This document shows, in pieces, positions 47,587 through 59,524 of a stretch of DNA of 64,000 bases. This DNA is from Takakia lepidozioides. Taxonomy: Eukaryota; Plantae; Bryophyta. The position numbers and the translations under genes are program-made. Every line of letters starts with the position of its first letter. Positions within the stretch are counted from its first letter, which is position 1. The stretch spans positions 27,156,001-27,220,000 of the forward strand of contig CM060731.1 of the NCBI GenBank assembly GCA_030704615.1. The letters run 5' to 3'. Below the pieces are notes generated by a model, which made no database searches, was not told the origin of the DNA, and was given only the letters and a program-made list of their open reading frames with translations.

Positions 47587-48979
47587 GTAATACTAACGTA
47601 TGATTTGTATTGAGGACATATTTATATCTATATTTTCTGTAATTATTAAGTAATTATTAATATATTTTTACATTATTTAGTTAAATATTCAATTATATAT
47701 ATATATATATATTAAGAATAAAACCAATCCAATTCATTTGTGAATAAATAAACAAATGGGTATTAACATCAAATGCCAAACAACTGAAGTCATATGTTAC
47801 AAGACACATTGAAAACACTATATTTGAATTAAAAAAACTTGCAAATTTATCGCGTAGAATCGAAACCAAATATGGTTTGGAGCAATATCCAACAGATGGC
47901 CTAGTGGTTCGGGCACAAGACCGCCTTACTGTTTACAAGTGATCGTGGTGTAAGGTGAAAATGGGGACCCGTTTATCGCTTCATGTTCCTCAACCCAACA
48001 CAACTCAACGCAACCCGTTAGTCTTGGTTTAGATCCACCGTTACATGTCACCACAACGGAAGAGAAGACAACATGGCGACAGAGCCTGACTTCACTTTCC
48101 TACTTATGTTCATGCAAACACATGAATGGAGCGCCACTTTTGGCATGTGGCCTGTACTTTGTCACTACAAATTAGGGGCACCTAGGATGACAAATAGATC
48201 TAAAATCCCCACCGTTCGACCAATGTGGTCTAACGGCAAGTGCTTTGCACTCAAACACTAGGACCTATGATATCCTGATCCCACTAGTGTAATATGATTG
48301 GTAATTAAGCTATTCTCCCCATCATTACATGTACGCTTTGTTGTTTTTGCCAATTTAAGTTGATCATGAAATGCTATGCATGCTTAGTCATTACTAACCC
48401 CTCCCCATCTCTCTTCAATTCTACGAAGGCTCTAGACATCTAGATCGTTTACACTTCAAATACAGACTGGAGCAAGCCTCACAAAGGTTAACTTACACGA
48501 ATCTACACATTCCACCTTCTTTGTATGTTCCCAGAGTGTTAGTGTGATCAACAGTTCTGACCGACTAACCTTTCTAAGTTGCGCTCAAGTTCATCAATTA
48601 AATCCACGTGGAACCAAAATAATTGAAGGCACAAGAGAGAAGCTAATAGAATTGTTTATTTCATGTCTCAATTTCCTATTTATATAATTTATAGGAGTTG
48701 CTCTGAGCTCTCGTCATCACGCTCCTTAGGTGCATCCCTAAAGAGTCCATCATCACCTTTCTCAGGTGCCTTTGTTTCAACTGTACCATCCTCCTCCTCT
48801 ATAGCATGAATATCTAAGAATTTTTTTACATCTACACATTCTCTTGGTCCTCCTCGCGAGAATGGCTCTTTTATATTGCACTTAGTTCTAGAGTAGCCAG
48901 ATTCCAAGCTATGTCTTGTGCATGTATATGGAGATCAAAATGAGTCGGAGGGCTAATAATCTTAGGATTCAAACCCAAA

Positions 48980-50650
48980 CAACTTCGATACATACACAAC
49001 CCGCCCTTCCCAAAATACCTACGCCACAAAGAACCTAATGTCACCTTGATCTTAATGGTCCATAATACCCATCATACCCATATACCCCCAGACTTCCTCC
49101 CCCGCCTTAATCTCTTATTATCCAACACCCATGGTATGTCTATCACCACCCTCCCACTCCCATCCATACACAACCCCTCAGCCCTATCCCATATACCTAA
49201 ACCAAACAAAACATGGGCTCAGGCATCTCCCCGTCCTCCCTCCTCCTCGTACGATACAACACCTGTGGGTGCATCCCCGGTACACCTAGACGCGACCTCT
49301 CCCAAATATCCCCCACTACATGCACACTACACCGATGGCTCCCACTCCAGTTCTTGCGCCGGATATGGAGTCTATCATGCAGCCACCAACAAGGGGACCG
49401 CCCACCGACTCCCAGGACCTGCCACCATATTACGTGCCGAACTTATGGTCATCTACGAAGCCCTCTCCCAACTAGCCATGCTTCCCCACCGTATTACATT
49501 TTCACTGACCGCTTGGCCTCACTCTTTCTTTTGTGTAACCATATAGCTTTCCCCTCCTCCCACCTTCATCACCCAGATCGTAACCTTATCTTAGCTATCA
49601 TCACCCTGCCTATCTTAATTGACAAACCTATTCACTTTCTTAAAGTACGTTCACATACCGAAAAATGAGAAGGCTGACCTCTTTGCTTAGCATAGGGCCT
49701 CCAAACCACCACTGGAACCCTCGGCCGATCCCATACATATTGCACATGCACACCCTTTTTGGTTAATACACCCGATCCCAAGCCCACCTGAACCTAGGCT
49801 TATATGAAACCTCCGATCTACCATATCTAAAGAAGCCAACAAACAAGCCGCAGCGTCCCTCAACCACACCAAACAACATATCCAAAAATAGACACATTCC
49901 GAACTACTCCACCACAAATTGTCCAAATCTGGTACCTGCATCTGATGCACAAATACGACAAACTCTCAAATTCAGATTTGCCCAGTATATGGGTCACCAA
50001 CAGAAACACACCTTCTGGCCTACCATATTTCCATCCATATACTGCCCCCTCTGCTCCTACATTCATGTGGCACGCGATACTTGGCCGCTTCTTCTCAGCG
50101 AATGCCCCCACCCAATCATACACGGCCTCCGCATTGTCCGACACAACCATGTTATATGGCATATCCATAAACTTCTTCTACGACACAAAGAAACTAGATG
50201 GTTTAACTCATTAATGTAGGCACCTTCCAAGGCCCACACCCTGACCATACAGTACCAACATGGCTACTCCCATGTGTCTGCCGACCCCATGCTGCTTACA
50301 CTTGTCCTGCCAGACTCTGTCCGGATATTCTCTTAGTCCAAGGACTTCCCATAAATAGCCTCCTACCCGTCACTCCCTCATCGTCGATCACCATACACTT
50401 CATCGAATTCACATATTGCCATGACTGCTTCCCCCGTACCTCCACCCTTGAAAAACGACAGAAATATGCTCCACTCATTCTAGCTATCCGTCGGTAGGGT
50501 TGGTCCACATGCCCGCTCTCCATCATCACTGCTGGAACCAAAGGTGGTATACATAATGACAGCATCTCAACACTTCAAAACAATTTTAACCTCCCTATCA
50601 CCTCCATACATAAATATTGTAAAGCCATACACTTCACGACGCTCCACTCA
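48980..50650 (+). mobile_element. Second RNase H + REL non-LTR fragment (Dualen/RandI-like), lacking the 3' end
   Basis: HYTDGSH..GYGVY..RAELM, FLKVRSHT, CPLC..RDTWP, RHN, PDIL, IEFTYCHD; clearly homologous to 23884-25604. Confidence 0.85.
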
Positions 50651-50829
50651 TGTGGTGCAAATGTTGACGACATATATTGCGGGTCTGACATCTGTGAGAT
50701 GGAGTGGGTTGGAATGATACCTTTCCCATAACCACTCCAATCTTTGGGGTGTTATGCTACCAATGTAGTACCCTAGTGGTCCATATATGTATGTCAAGTT
50801 ATTTGTGAGTGTGAATGTGGGGCTGAGAC

Positions 50830-51846
50830 TGTTAGAGGACTGTAGGGGACTTAGACACTTATACGGGATCTGTAGGGTACCCTTAATTTTTGCACAGACT
50901 GAGACAAACAGGAACCTTAGGGGTGACAGCAGCGCACTGTAGAGGGGGGTTACATAGCCCACACAGCCGTCACAGCCCACACAGCCCACACAGCCCACAC
51001 AACCGTCACAGCCCACACAGCCCGTCACAGTCGTCACAGCCCACACAGCCCACACAGCCGTCACAGCCCACACAGCCCGTCACAGTCGTCACAGCCCACA
51101 CAGCCCACACAGCCCGTCACAGTCGTCACAGCAGACACAGCCCACACAGCAGTCACAGCCCGGCACAGCCACACAGCCAGTCACAGCCGACACAGCCAAA
51201 CACAGCCAGTCACCGCTTGACACAGCTGTCACGATAATAGGGAACGAGAGTAGGACAGGGAACGACTGTGGGGAACAACACCTGTGAAGGGAACATGTTA
51301 GTTCACATACGACGGTTAGAGAGGGAAACGGTTAGAACCGCGGATAGGAGGATAAAGGGAAGAACGGGGAATGATGAGGGGATCATTATTCGGGGAGGAC
51401 TTCGGAGTCAGGCGGGAGCGGAGATCGGAGAGCACGATGAAGGAGAGAAAGAGGATTAGTAGATGCTTGTTATATGCAAAGCTATAGTGATATAGGAAAG
51501 AAGAATAGAGACATAATGGCTTCGGCCTGATACCTGATAAATCATAATCTGATACTTATACGATACAATCACACTGTGTAGAGAGATCTGAGTGAAGCTG
51601 TGGATTGAATGGATTAGTGGAGGGAACCGATAGATCGATGAAGCAAACTGATACTTAATTATCAATGGTAAGGTAGCTAAGATGAATGCGGAAAGGAAAC
51701 AAATAGGAAAACACCCCCATGATACACTAGCTGTAGGTCATGACTGATTGTTCTGCGCGGGCTGAGTACTTAGAGATTCCAACTCTTCTATCTTGGAGTT
51801 TCCGCCTCGGATAGCGAAGGGATGGGTGAGTAAAAGCCGCGCGACA
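50830..51846 (+). repeat. Element B 5' LTR (TG...CA)
   Basis: Near-identical to 63107-64000; followed by TT and the PBS. Confidence 0.95.
50953..51230 (+). repeat. CACAGCC tandem array within the LTR
   Basis: More than 20 degenerate 9-10 bp units; the 3' LTR copy (about 63230-63437) is about 70 bp shorter. Confidence 0.9.
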
Positions 51847-51848
51847 TT

Positions 51849-51866
51849 TGGCGACCATACTGGGGA
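51849..51866 (+). other. Primer binding site TGGCGACCATACTGGGGA (tRNA-Arg-like)
   Basis: Position after the LTR, TGG start. Confidence 0.85.
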
Positions 51867-51869
51867 CCT

Positions 51870-52433
51870 GGGACATGAACAACCAGATGTGACAGGCATC
51901 TGGTGGGATCATGGTGGTTGGACCATTAAAGAATTTGAAGTGAATCAAATTCCCTGTGGAACGAAGGAAGAAAGATTGTCCAAACAATTCTTTCAAAGGT
52001 TCTTGGAATTGCCAGACGGATGTAAAGAAAATATTCTTAAACGAGTGCATGATGCTGATCCAGAATGGGGTCTGGAGAAAGGAGTGATAAAGATTATCAG
52101 GTAGCCTGTAGAGGAAGAGCACGTTGGTTACCAACATTAGTTTATGTGATAGCGTTGCTATCCATTAAACGAGTAGAGTTTGAAGGTTGGGAAGAAAGAA
52201 AGGTGAATGTTTATACTCATATGCATGAAGAGCTTGTACTGGTAAAGAATTGGATTCCAAAGGATATTTTGTGGATCAAACTCACACCAAGAACAGCTTT
52301 TCAGACTTGTTTGCCATATGGTTATATGGTAACGGAGACTTCAAGTATAGCCAAGGGTGCATTGAAGCTTGAAAGAAATCCAGGCATATACGAGAGATAT
52401 TACAGAAGAGAGTTTTGGTTATTGCCACATTAA
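51870..52433 (+). CDS. Element B 5' accessory ORF (unknown function), frameshifted in this sequence
   Basis: ORFs 51793-52104 and 52065-52433; homologous to the element A 5' ORF. Confidence 0.65.
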
Positions 52434-52449
52434 AAGAAATGAAAGACAT

Positions 52450-54420
52450 GGGACATGAGTGATGAAAGAGAAGCTAGACGACAAAGATATTCATCAAAAA
52501 GGAGAAAGCTATCTGAAAGCTAATTATCCATATCTTTGGAGAGAGGAATAGACATAGGGGAATCATCTGGACCTCTCACACCATCAAGATCAAAAAGTGC
52601 ATCACCTATACCGGAAGAACTAGAGTTGGATGCCACTCCTTCTGTTTCTTTGCAAGAAAGATTAAGGGAATTGGTACAGGAAGAAGATCAATCACGAGGT
52701 GAAAGATCTGAGGTACATCCTTGGATAAAAGACTTGACAGAAATCTTTGATAAGAGTTGGCATGGAACACCAAAAGCAGGAACTCCAGTTTCTGAAGCAG
52801 AAGAGATGAAGAAGGAGATGAGGATGTGGCAGAGCCAACGGAGAGTTCAGACTCTCCAACACCATTACAGTGAGTTACATGAGTGAAGAAGAAACCCAAG
52901 GGCAGAACTTGGAGGATGAAAACAGAGAGAAGAAATTGGAAGAGGAAGAATATGAAGAAGTAGACCCAACAGCTGAGGTTGAGACTACAACCAGGACATC
53001 CCAACCCGTTGGACTGGATCAAGTGGAGCACTTAGATCACAGGCCAACGAAGGTGTCGGCTCAGGGGGATCAGGCGGGCTGCCTGGATCTGGCTCTGGGG
53101 GGACAGGGAGTGTGGGAAGTAGTGCAACTGAAGCTGGGAATACTGTGAATATCGTGGGGCCAGAAGCAGGGAGTGCTCAAGGGCCACCACTTGGTGGAAG
53201 ATCCACCACAAAAAACAACAGGTCCAGAAGGACCAGCACCAGCAAGGGTGCCAGCACCTGTCAGTGGGCAGAAGGTAGGGCCACAGATGGCGTTACAACC
53301 AACACGGGCAAAACCACCCTTTCCAATATATTCAGGAAAAAGGGATCCCGATGTACACATTAGCCAATTTGAGCACATGTGTATAGTGAACAATGAGAAT
53401 GGCGATGATGCCAAGATGAGACTGTTTCCTTGTTCACTTATCAAGAAAGCAAGTGAATGGTATGCAAGATTCCCTGATAATCATTTCCTAACCTGGAATG
53501 GCTTGAATACAGCATTTCGAAATAGGTTCAGGACAAGTAAAACTGAGGATGAAGTGTATGGAAGTTTACAACAGCTGAAGCAGAAGAAGCATGAAACTGT
53601 TGAAGAGTATATGGAGAAGATGGAATTGATGATGAAAAAGCTGGCTGCAGTACCAGCACCCGGTTTACAGAAGACTTGGTTTGTGAGTGGACTAAGACCA
53701 GAGTTGCAGAAGAAAGTGGATATGTACCCCATAATACAGTGGAGGAGGCATTTGAAACTGCAAACAGAATTGAGCAATTGGGAATGCTCAGGAGAGAGAA
53801 AAAGGAAGATGAGGACTCTGAAGATGAGTCAGATGAAGAAGAAGAGCAAGAACTAAAAAGAAAGAGTAAGAGAAAGGAAAAGTGAAGAGGGATAACTATG
53901 AGAAAAGATTGGAAGAAATCTTGAAGAAGTATGCCACAGAGGCTGCTGCAACACATTGGAGGAAGGGTGTATGGTGTGCAAAGTGCCAGAATGAAGGCCA
54001 TACCACTGCAGAATGCCACATGAAGGAGAAACACTGTACTATCTGTAAAATGGATAACCATTCTACTGAGAATTGTTACTACAACAGAAGGACAGCTGCA
54101 AGAGAACCTAGGCAAGTGAGGGTGCATCAGGTGCAGCCCCAGCCAAGAAGAGCAATGATCAGGACCACTATGGTAGGTCTGGTGGTTATAACAATGGCAT
54201 GGAAGGGAGAGGTAATTCAAGAGGGAATTACCAAGGAAATTCAGAGGCAACTATCAGGGTAATCCAAGGGGGAATTACCAGCCCGGGGGAATCAGGATTA
54301 TAGAAATAATCCAAGAACAGACCAAGGGCGAGGACCCAATGTGAAGAGCTATGTTACTATTGTAATCAGCCAGGACATCGCAAGGCAGCCTGTTCATTCT
54401 GGATAAGACACCAGAATGAG
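52450..54420 (+). CDS. gag: Element B Gag, frameshifted
   Basis: PPFPIYSGKRDPDVH..RLFPCSL..WFVSGLRP; knuckles CAKC, CTIC, CYYC. Confidence 0.85.
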
Positions 54421-54759
54421 ATGAGAGCTCCTGTGAATGAGGGCCCAGTGGTGGCAGCTCACATGGTTAGGCCATGTGTTGTACCAGAAGAGTACAATGA
54501 TAGTAACAAGAAGTAAAGCCAAACTAATACCTCCAGTAGAAGAGGAAGAAGATGAGACTGGAAGTGGCAATGATATGCCTGAAGATGAAGAGACTTGGAA
54601 AGATGAGAAGGAACTGCACAAGGAAGTGGCAGATACTATAAGGGAAATGCAAAGAGTACGGATATTCCTGTGGCAGATTCCTCTGATTCGGATGGAGAAA
54701 AAGAGGGGAGTGAGGAAGAAAGGAAAAAAGAAGATGCAGACATGCAAAGTAATGAAAAG

Positions 54760-57700
54760 ACTTGGCTGAAGTAATATGTCAGACCAAAGCAGAAATTACC
54801 ATTGGACAGCTATTAGCTGTGGCACCTTATTGTAGGCACAGGCTGTATCAGGCAATCAATCGAATTGCCCAAGAGACAGGAAACACAGACCTGAACAGCA
54901 AGGTGACCAGTTATAATGTGAAGCCGGAAGGGCGAGAACCAGTCATGGACTTTGATGATTCTATGCCAGTAATCCAATTGAGAATTGGAAGCACAGAACT
55001 AACTGATGTACTGATAGATGGTGGTTCTGGAGTAATATCATGACAGACCAATTAAGGAAGAAGCTTGGTCTAAGTAACATGAAACCAGCCCCATTTACAG
55101 TAACAATGGCAGATCAAAGAAGTGTACAGCCATTGGGATTAATAAGAGGAGTTAAGATACAGATACAGAAAATGATCTTTATGATCACAGTAACTGTATT
55201 AAAATGGATGAAGTCATGGAGGCTTACTCCTTATTATTGGGACGTCCGTGGCTGAAACAGGCCAGGGTATTCCATGACTGGAATTCTCAGTTACTAACTG
55301 TGCATAATGGGATGCACGAGATACAAATTACCACAAAGAAATCTAGTAGATTACCTGCTACAAGAAGACCCGAGGAGTCAGAGAGTATGACTGGAGGGGA
55401 GGACTGGAGAGGAGCAGGAAGCTACCCTATTTGCTGCACACCCAGAATGGGAGCAGGTTGCAGAGATGCGGCTGGAAAGCCTAAGTTGTTTGAGAGGTAT
55501 CTGCGTGTTTGTAGTGACAGCAACACCCAACTGAAGAAGAAACCAGCATTTACCCATCACATTTCTATGAAGAAGAGAAGGAGAAATAGAAATCCTAGAA
55601 GAACCAGCCACTGTGAGCTTACAGGATGAAGTGGTGACGGTTGGACAATCACAGCTGATGAGCAGGTGAGAGAAGTAAATGTGGGAACTCAGGAGGAACC
55701 GAGGATGGTGAAGTAGGAGCTGATTTGGAGCCGGAATTCTTCGAAGAAGCAAAAAGCTTGTTCATCAAATACAGAGATGTATTTGCTTGGAGCTATGAGG
55801 ATCTAAAAGGGATACCACCTGAAGTCTGTCAGCATAAAATTGAACTGGAACCAGGGTCAGTACCAATCAAGCAGGCGAGGTATAGAATGAATCCCAACTA
55901 CGCACAGAAGGTTGGAGAAGAGATAAAGAAGTTGGCTGAGGCTAAGTTTATATACCCAATAGAGTATACAACTTGGTTGTCACCCATTGTTATAGTTCCC
56001 AAGAAGAATGGCAAACTAAGAGTATGTGTGAACTATAAGAAGCTGAATGCTTGTACGAAGAAAGATCCTTTCCCTTTGCCATTCACAGAAGCAGTATTAG
56101 ACACTGTGGCAGGCCATGAGAATGTACTCATTCATGGATGGCTTCAGTTGTTTATAATCAAGTGCAAGTGGCAGAAGAAGACCAAGGGAAAACAGCTTTC
56201 ATCACAGACTGGGGGGCTTATGCATACAAAGTCATGCCCTTTGGACTTTGTAATGCACCAGCGACCTTTCAGAGAGTATAAGTGAATCTTTTCATGAGTA
56301 TCTGGATGATTTCATGCAGGTATTCTTGGATGATTTCAGTGTGTACAGCTCTAAGAATGAGCACTTGCATAAATTGGAGTTATGCCTGGCCAGATGCAGG
56401 ATGAGAGGTCTGGCTTGAATCCAGAGAAGTGTACTTTCTGTGTGAACTCAGGGGTGCTTCTGGACACATAGTGTGTAAGAAGGGACTTCTTGTGGATCCC
56501 AAGGACAGATTCCATTAAAGTCTCTCCACCACCAGTGAATGTTAAGAGTTTAAGGAGATTCCTTGGGCAAACCAGTTATTACAGAAGATTTGTCAAAGGT
56601 ATGCACAAATAGCAGCACCATTGAGCAAGCTTCTGAAGAAAGATGCAGTTTTGCATGGACATGCTGAATGTCAACAGGCGTTTGAGGAACTTACACTTCA
56701 GTAACAACGACACCTGTGCTGATTAACCTCACTGCATTTAGTATTTCATGTTCACTGTCGATGCATCAGGAGAAGCGTTGGGAGCGGTGTTAGCCCAGAA
56801 TGTTACAGGGGAATAAATTCACCTGTGTACTATGCTAGCCGGTTGATGAACAGTGCTTGAGAGGAACTATAGCACAACGAAGAGAAGCATGGGCAATGAT
56901 TATGCAGTGAAGAAATTCCGGCCTTACCTATTGGAAGAAAGTTTTTAGTTTTATGTGGATCACCAGGCTACGATATATCTGGTGAACAAACCTTTGATAA
57001 GGGAAGGATAACGAGGTGGTAATAAAAATCTGTGCATGAGTTTGAGTTCGAGGTTATTTACAGCCGGGCCGTTTGCATCTTGTGGCAGATCATTTGTCAC
57101 GACTAACAACAGGAGAGGCCGCCCACCGGAGTGGACGATCAGTTACCTTGATGCGAGTTTTTTGTAAATGGAGGTGCAAGGAAGTGCAGATGAATGGTTA
57201 GATTGGCAGTGGCCATCAGAATACTACTTGTTCATGGTCAGTGCCACCTAGTTATGGTAGGAGCAGAGAAGAGAATTGCTATCAGAGCTTTACCTTATAC
57301 TATGGTAGGAAGCAGAATGTATAAGTTAGGACCTGATGGAGTACTAAAACAATGCTTGTACCACCATGAAGTAAATAAAGTCTTGGAGGAAGTTCATAAA
57401 GGAGTGGCTGGAGGTCATTTTGGAGAAGAGACTACCAGTAGAAAGATACTACTCGCAGGATACTGGTGGCCTACTTGTTCAAAGATGTACATGAGTATGT
57501 CAGAAGTGTGATGAATGTCAGAGGCTAGACCGTTGCAGAGATCTGGAAGAATGGCTTGCATCCTACATGCCTACGGAACCATTTCAGAAATTGGGACTAG
57601 ACTTTGGTTGGACCAATATCCACCATCCAAGAATAACCAACAGGTACATAATTACAGCCACTGATTATACTACAAAGTGGGTGGAAGCTAAAGCTTTGAG

Positions 57701-58543
57701 GGACAACACAGCCAAGTCCACAGCAAGGTTCCGTACGAGAACATACTTACACGATTTGGATGTCCCTTAGAATTTATCAGTGATCAAGGAAGTCACTTCA
57801 TGAATGAGACCATTGATTATTGACTAAAGAGTTTATGATTGTGCATAGAAAGAGTACAACATATTACCCACAGGGTAATGGACAGGCAGAGGCTACCAAC
57901 AAAATACTATGTACTATCTTGGCTAAGATAGTCAATGCAAACAGAACGGATTGGGATACAAAGCTGCTGACAGCTTTATGGTCATACAGGACTTCATATA
58001 AAGTCACCACTAAGTATACACCATTCCAATTAGTTTATGGTATGGAAGCCTTACTTCCAGTGGAATTCCTGTTACCTACCATGAGAACGGAGTGGGAAAA
58101 AGAATGGAATTGCAAGACTCCATCAAGGTCAGGAAACATGAATTATACCATGTGGAAGAAGTACGTGCTGATGCAGCTGATAATATGACCAGAATTCAGA
58201 TGAAGCGAAAGGAACAGTTTGATGAAGGCAAGTTAAAGACTTTTAAGACGGGGATTTGGTTCTATGGTTGCAGAAGAAAGGAAAGATTCAAGCTTCTAAG
58301 CTTAAATCACCATGGAAAGGACCTTATGTCATACAAAAGATGTATGATAACAACACAGCCATGTTACAAACCATTAACAAAGAAATGCTGGGAAGAGTCA
58401 ATGCAAATAAGTTGAAAGGGTACAGTGGTATCCATGACAAACCCCTGCAGCATGATTTGCATGTTGAACCGCAAGAGCAGTCACGGGCTGCACCAGTGTT
58501 ACGAACGGAGTATGGAACACTTGTCGCTAGGCCCAGTATATGA
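54760..58543 (+). CDS. pol: Element B Pol (PR, RT, RNase H, integrase with GPY motif), many frameshifts
   Basis: LIDGGSG; [27 protein letters not shown]; DASG, ADHLSRL; [32 protein letters not shown]. Confidence 0.92.
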
Positions 58544-58565
58544 CCGAGGGTGGGCAAAACAAACG

Positions 58566-58835
58566 TGACACAGCCTATCACAGCCCATCAAGGCGCAAAC
58601 ACAGCCTATCACAGCCCATCACGCGTGACACAGCCTATCACAGCCCATCACGGCGTGACACAGCCTATCACAGCCAGCACGGCGTGACACAGCCTATCAC
58701 AGCCCGTCACGACGTGACACAGCCTATCACAACCTACGCAGCGTGTCACAGCCTATCACAGCTTACCACAGTGCAACACAGCCTATCACAGCGTAACACA
58801 GTATGACACAGCCTGTCACAGCTCAACACAGCCTA
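58566..58835 (+). repeat. Internal tandem array (GACACAGCCTATCACAGC units) between pol and the 3' ORF
   Basis: About 9 units of ~30 bp sharing the CACAGCC core with the LTR array. Confidence 0.9.
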
Positions 58836-59524
58836 CTAAAGTTACACGATCCATAGAATCAGTGACAAGTGGACACATAAAAACTTCAGGAAAATGGCTG
58901 AAGGAAGAAGAAACGGAAATTAATTTAAAAATAGACACGTGGAGGTCAGGGTGCGACACACAGCAGAGAATGAAGTGCAAGGACAGGTGTCAAAAAGAAA
59001 GAGGACAAGAACGGCCGTCAAAAGGGATGAAAGGCGGGCCCATTAATGAATACGGAAAAAGGGAAACAGAACGAACGGCAAGTACAGAAAAACTGAATTC
59101 ATGTCGCATGTGTGATCCTAGTGGACTATCCAACAGGGAAAGTCCACTAAAGAAGATAAAAGTTAAAATCCAGTCACAGCGGATACAGCCAATAGAAAAC
59201 CAGAGAAATGATCAAGAAAATGGAGGGAAATTGAGCGCAAGAGGCGGCGTCGTTCTGAGTAACGGGCGTCTCGACAGGACAGGCCATAAATGCTATAACT
59301 TGGAAACTATGGAGGAACTAACAGACTATACGCTCGCAATATTACTTACGCAATGGCAGAGACACGAAACGAAAGAGCAGAGCTTTTCTCTTGAACAATG
59401 CTTGCAAGCCCCGCAGGCTTACAAGAGATTACCCATAGCTTTCTGCGGCAACCATACGTTTCTGCTTTGTGCACTACAGGCATTCCTGCAGTTGTTACAG
59501 CCAAAGCAGTTCTGTGAGTCTAAG

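Noticed and set aside
50648-51237. ORFs with CVGCDG / HSPHSR repeats (also 63039-63460 and 58540-58806)
   Set aside because: Translation artefacts of CACAGCC tandem arrays.
58862-59520. N-terminal part of the 289-aa ORF
   Set aside because: Non-ATG start and purine-rich spacer-like composition; recognisable coding signal begins near 59525.
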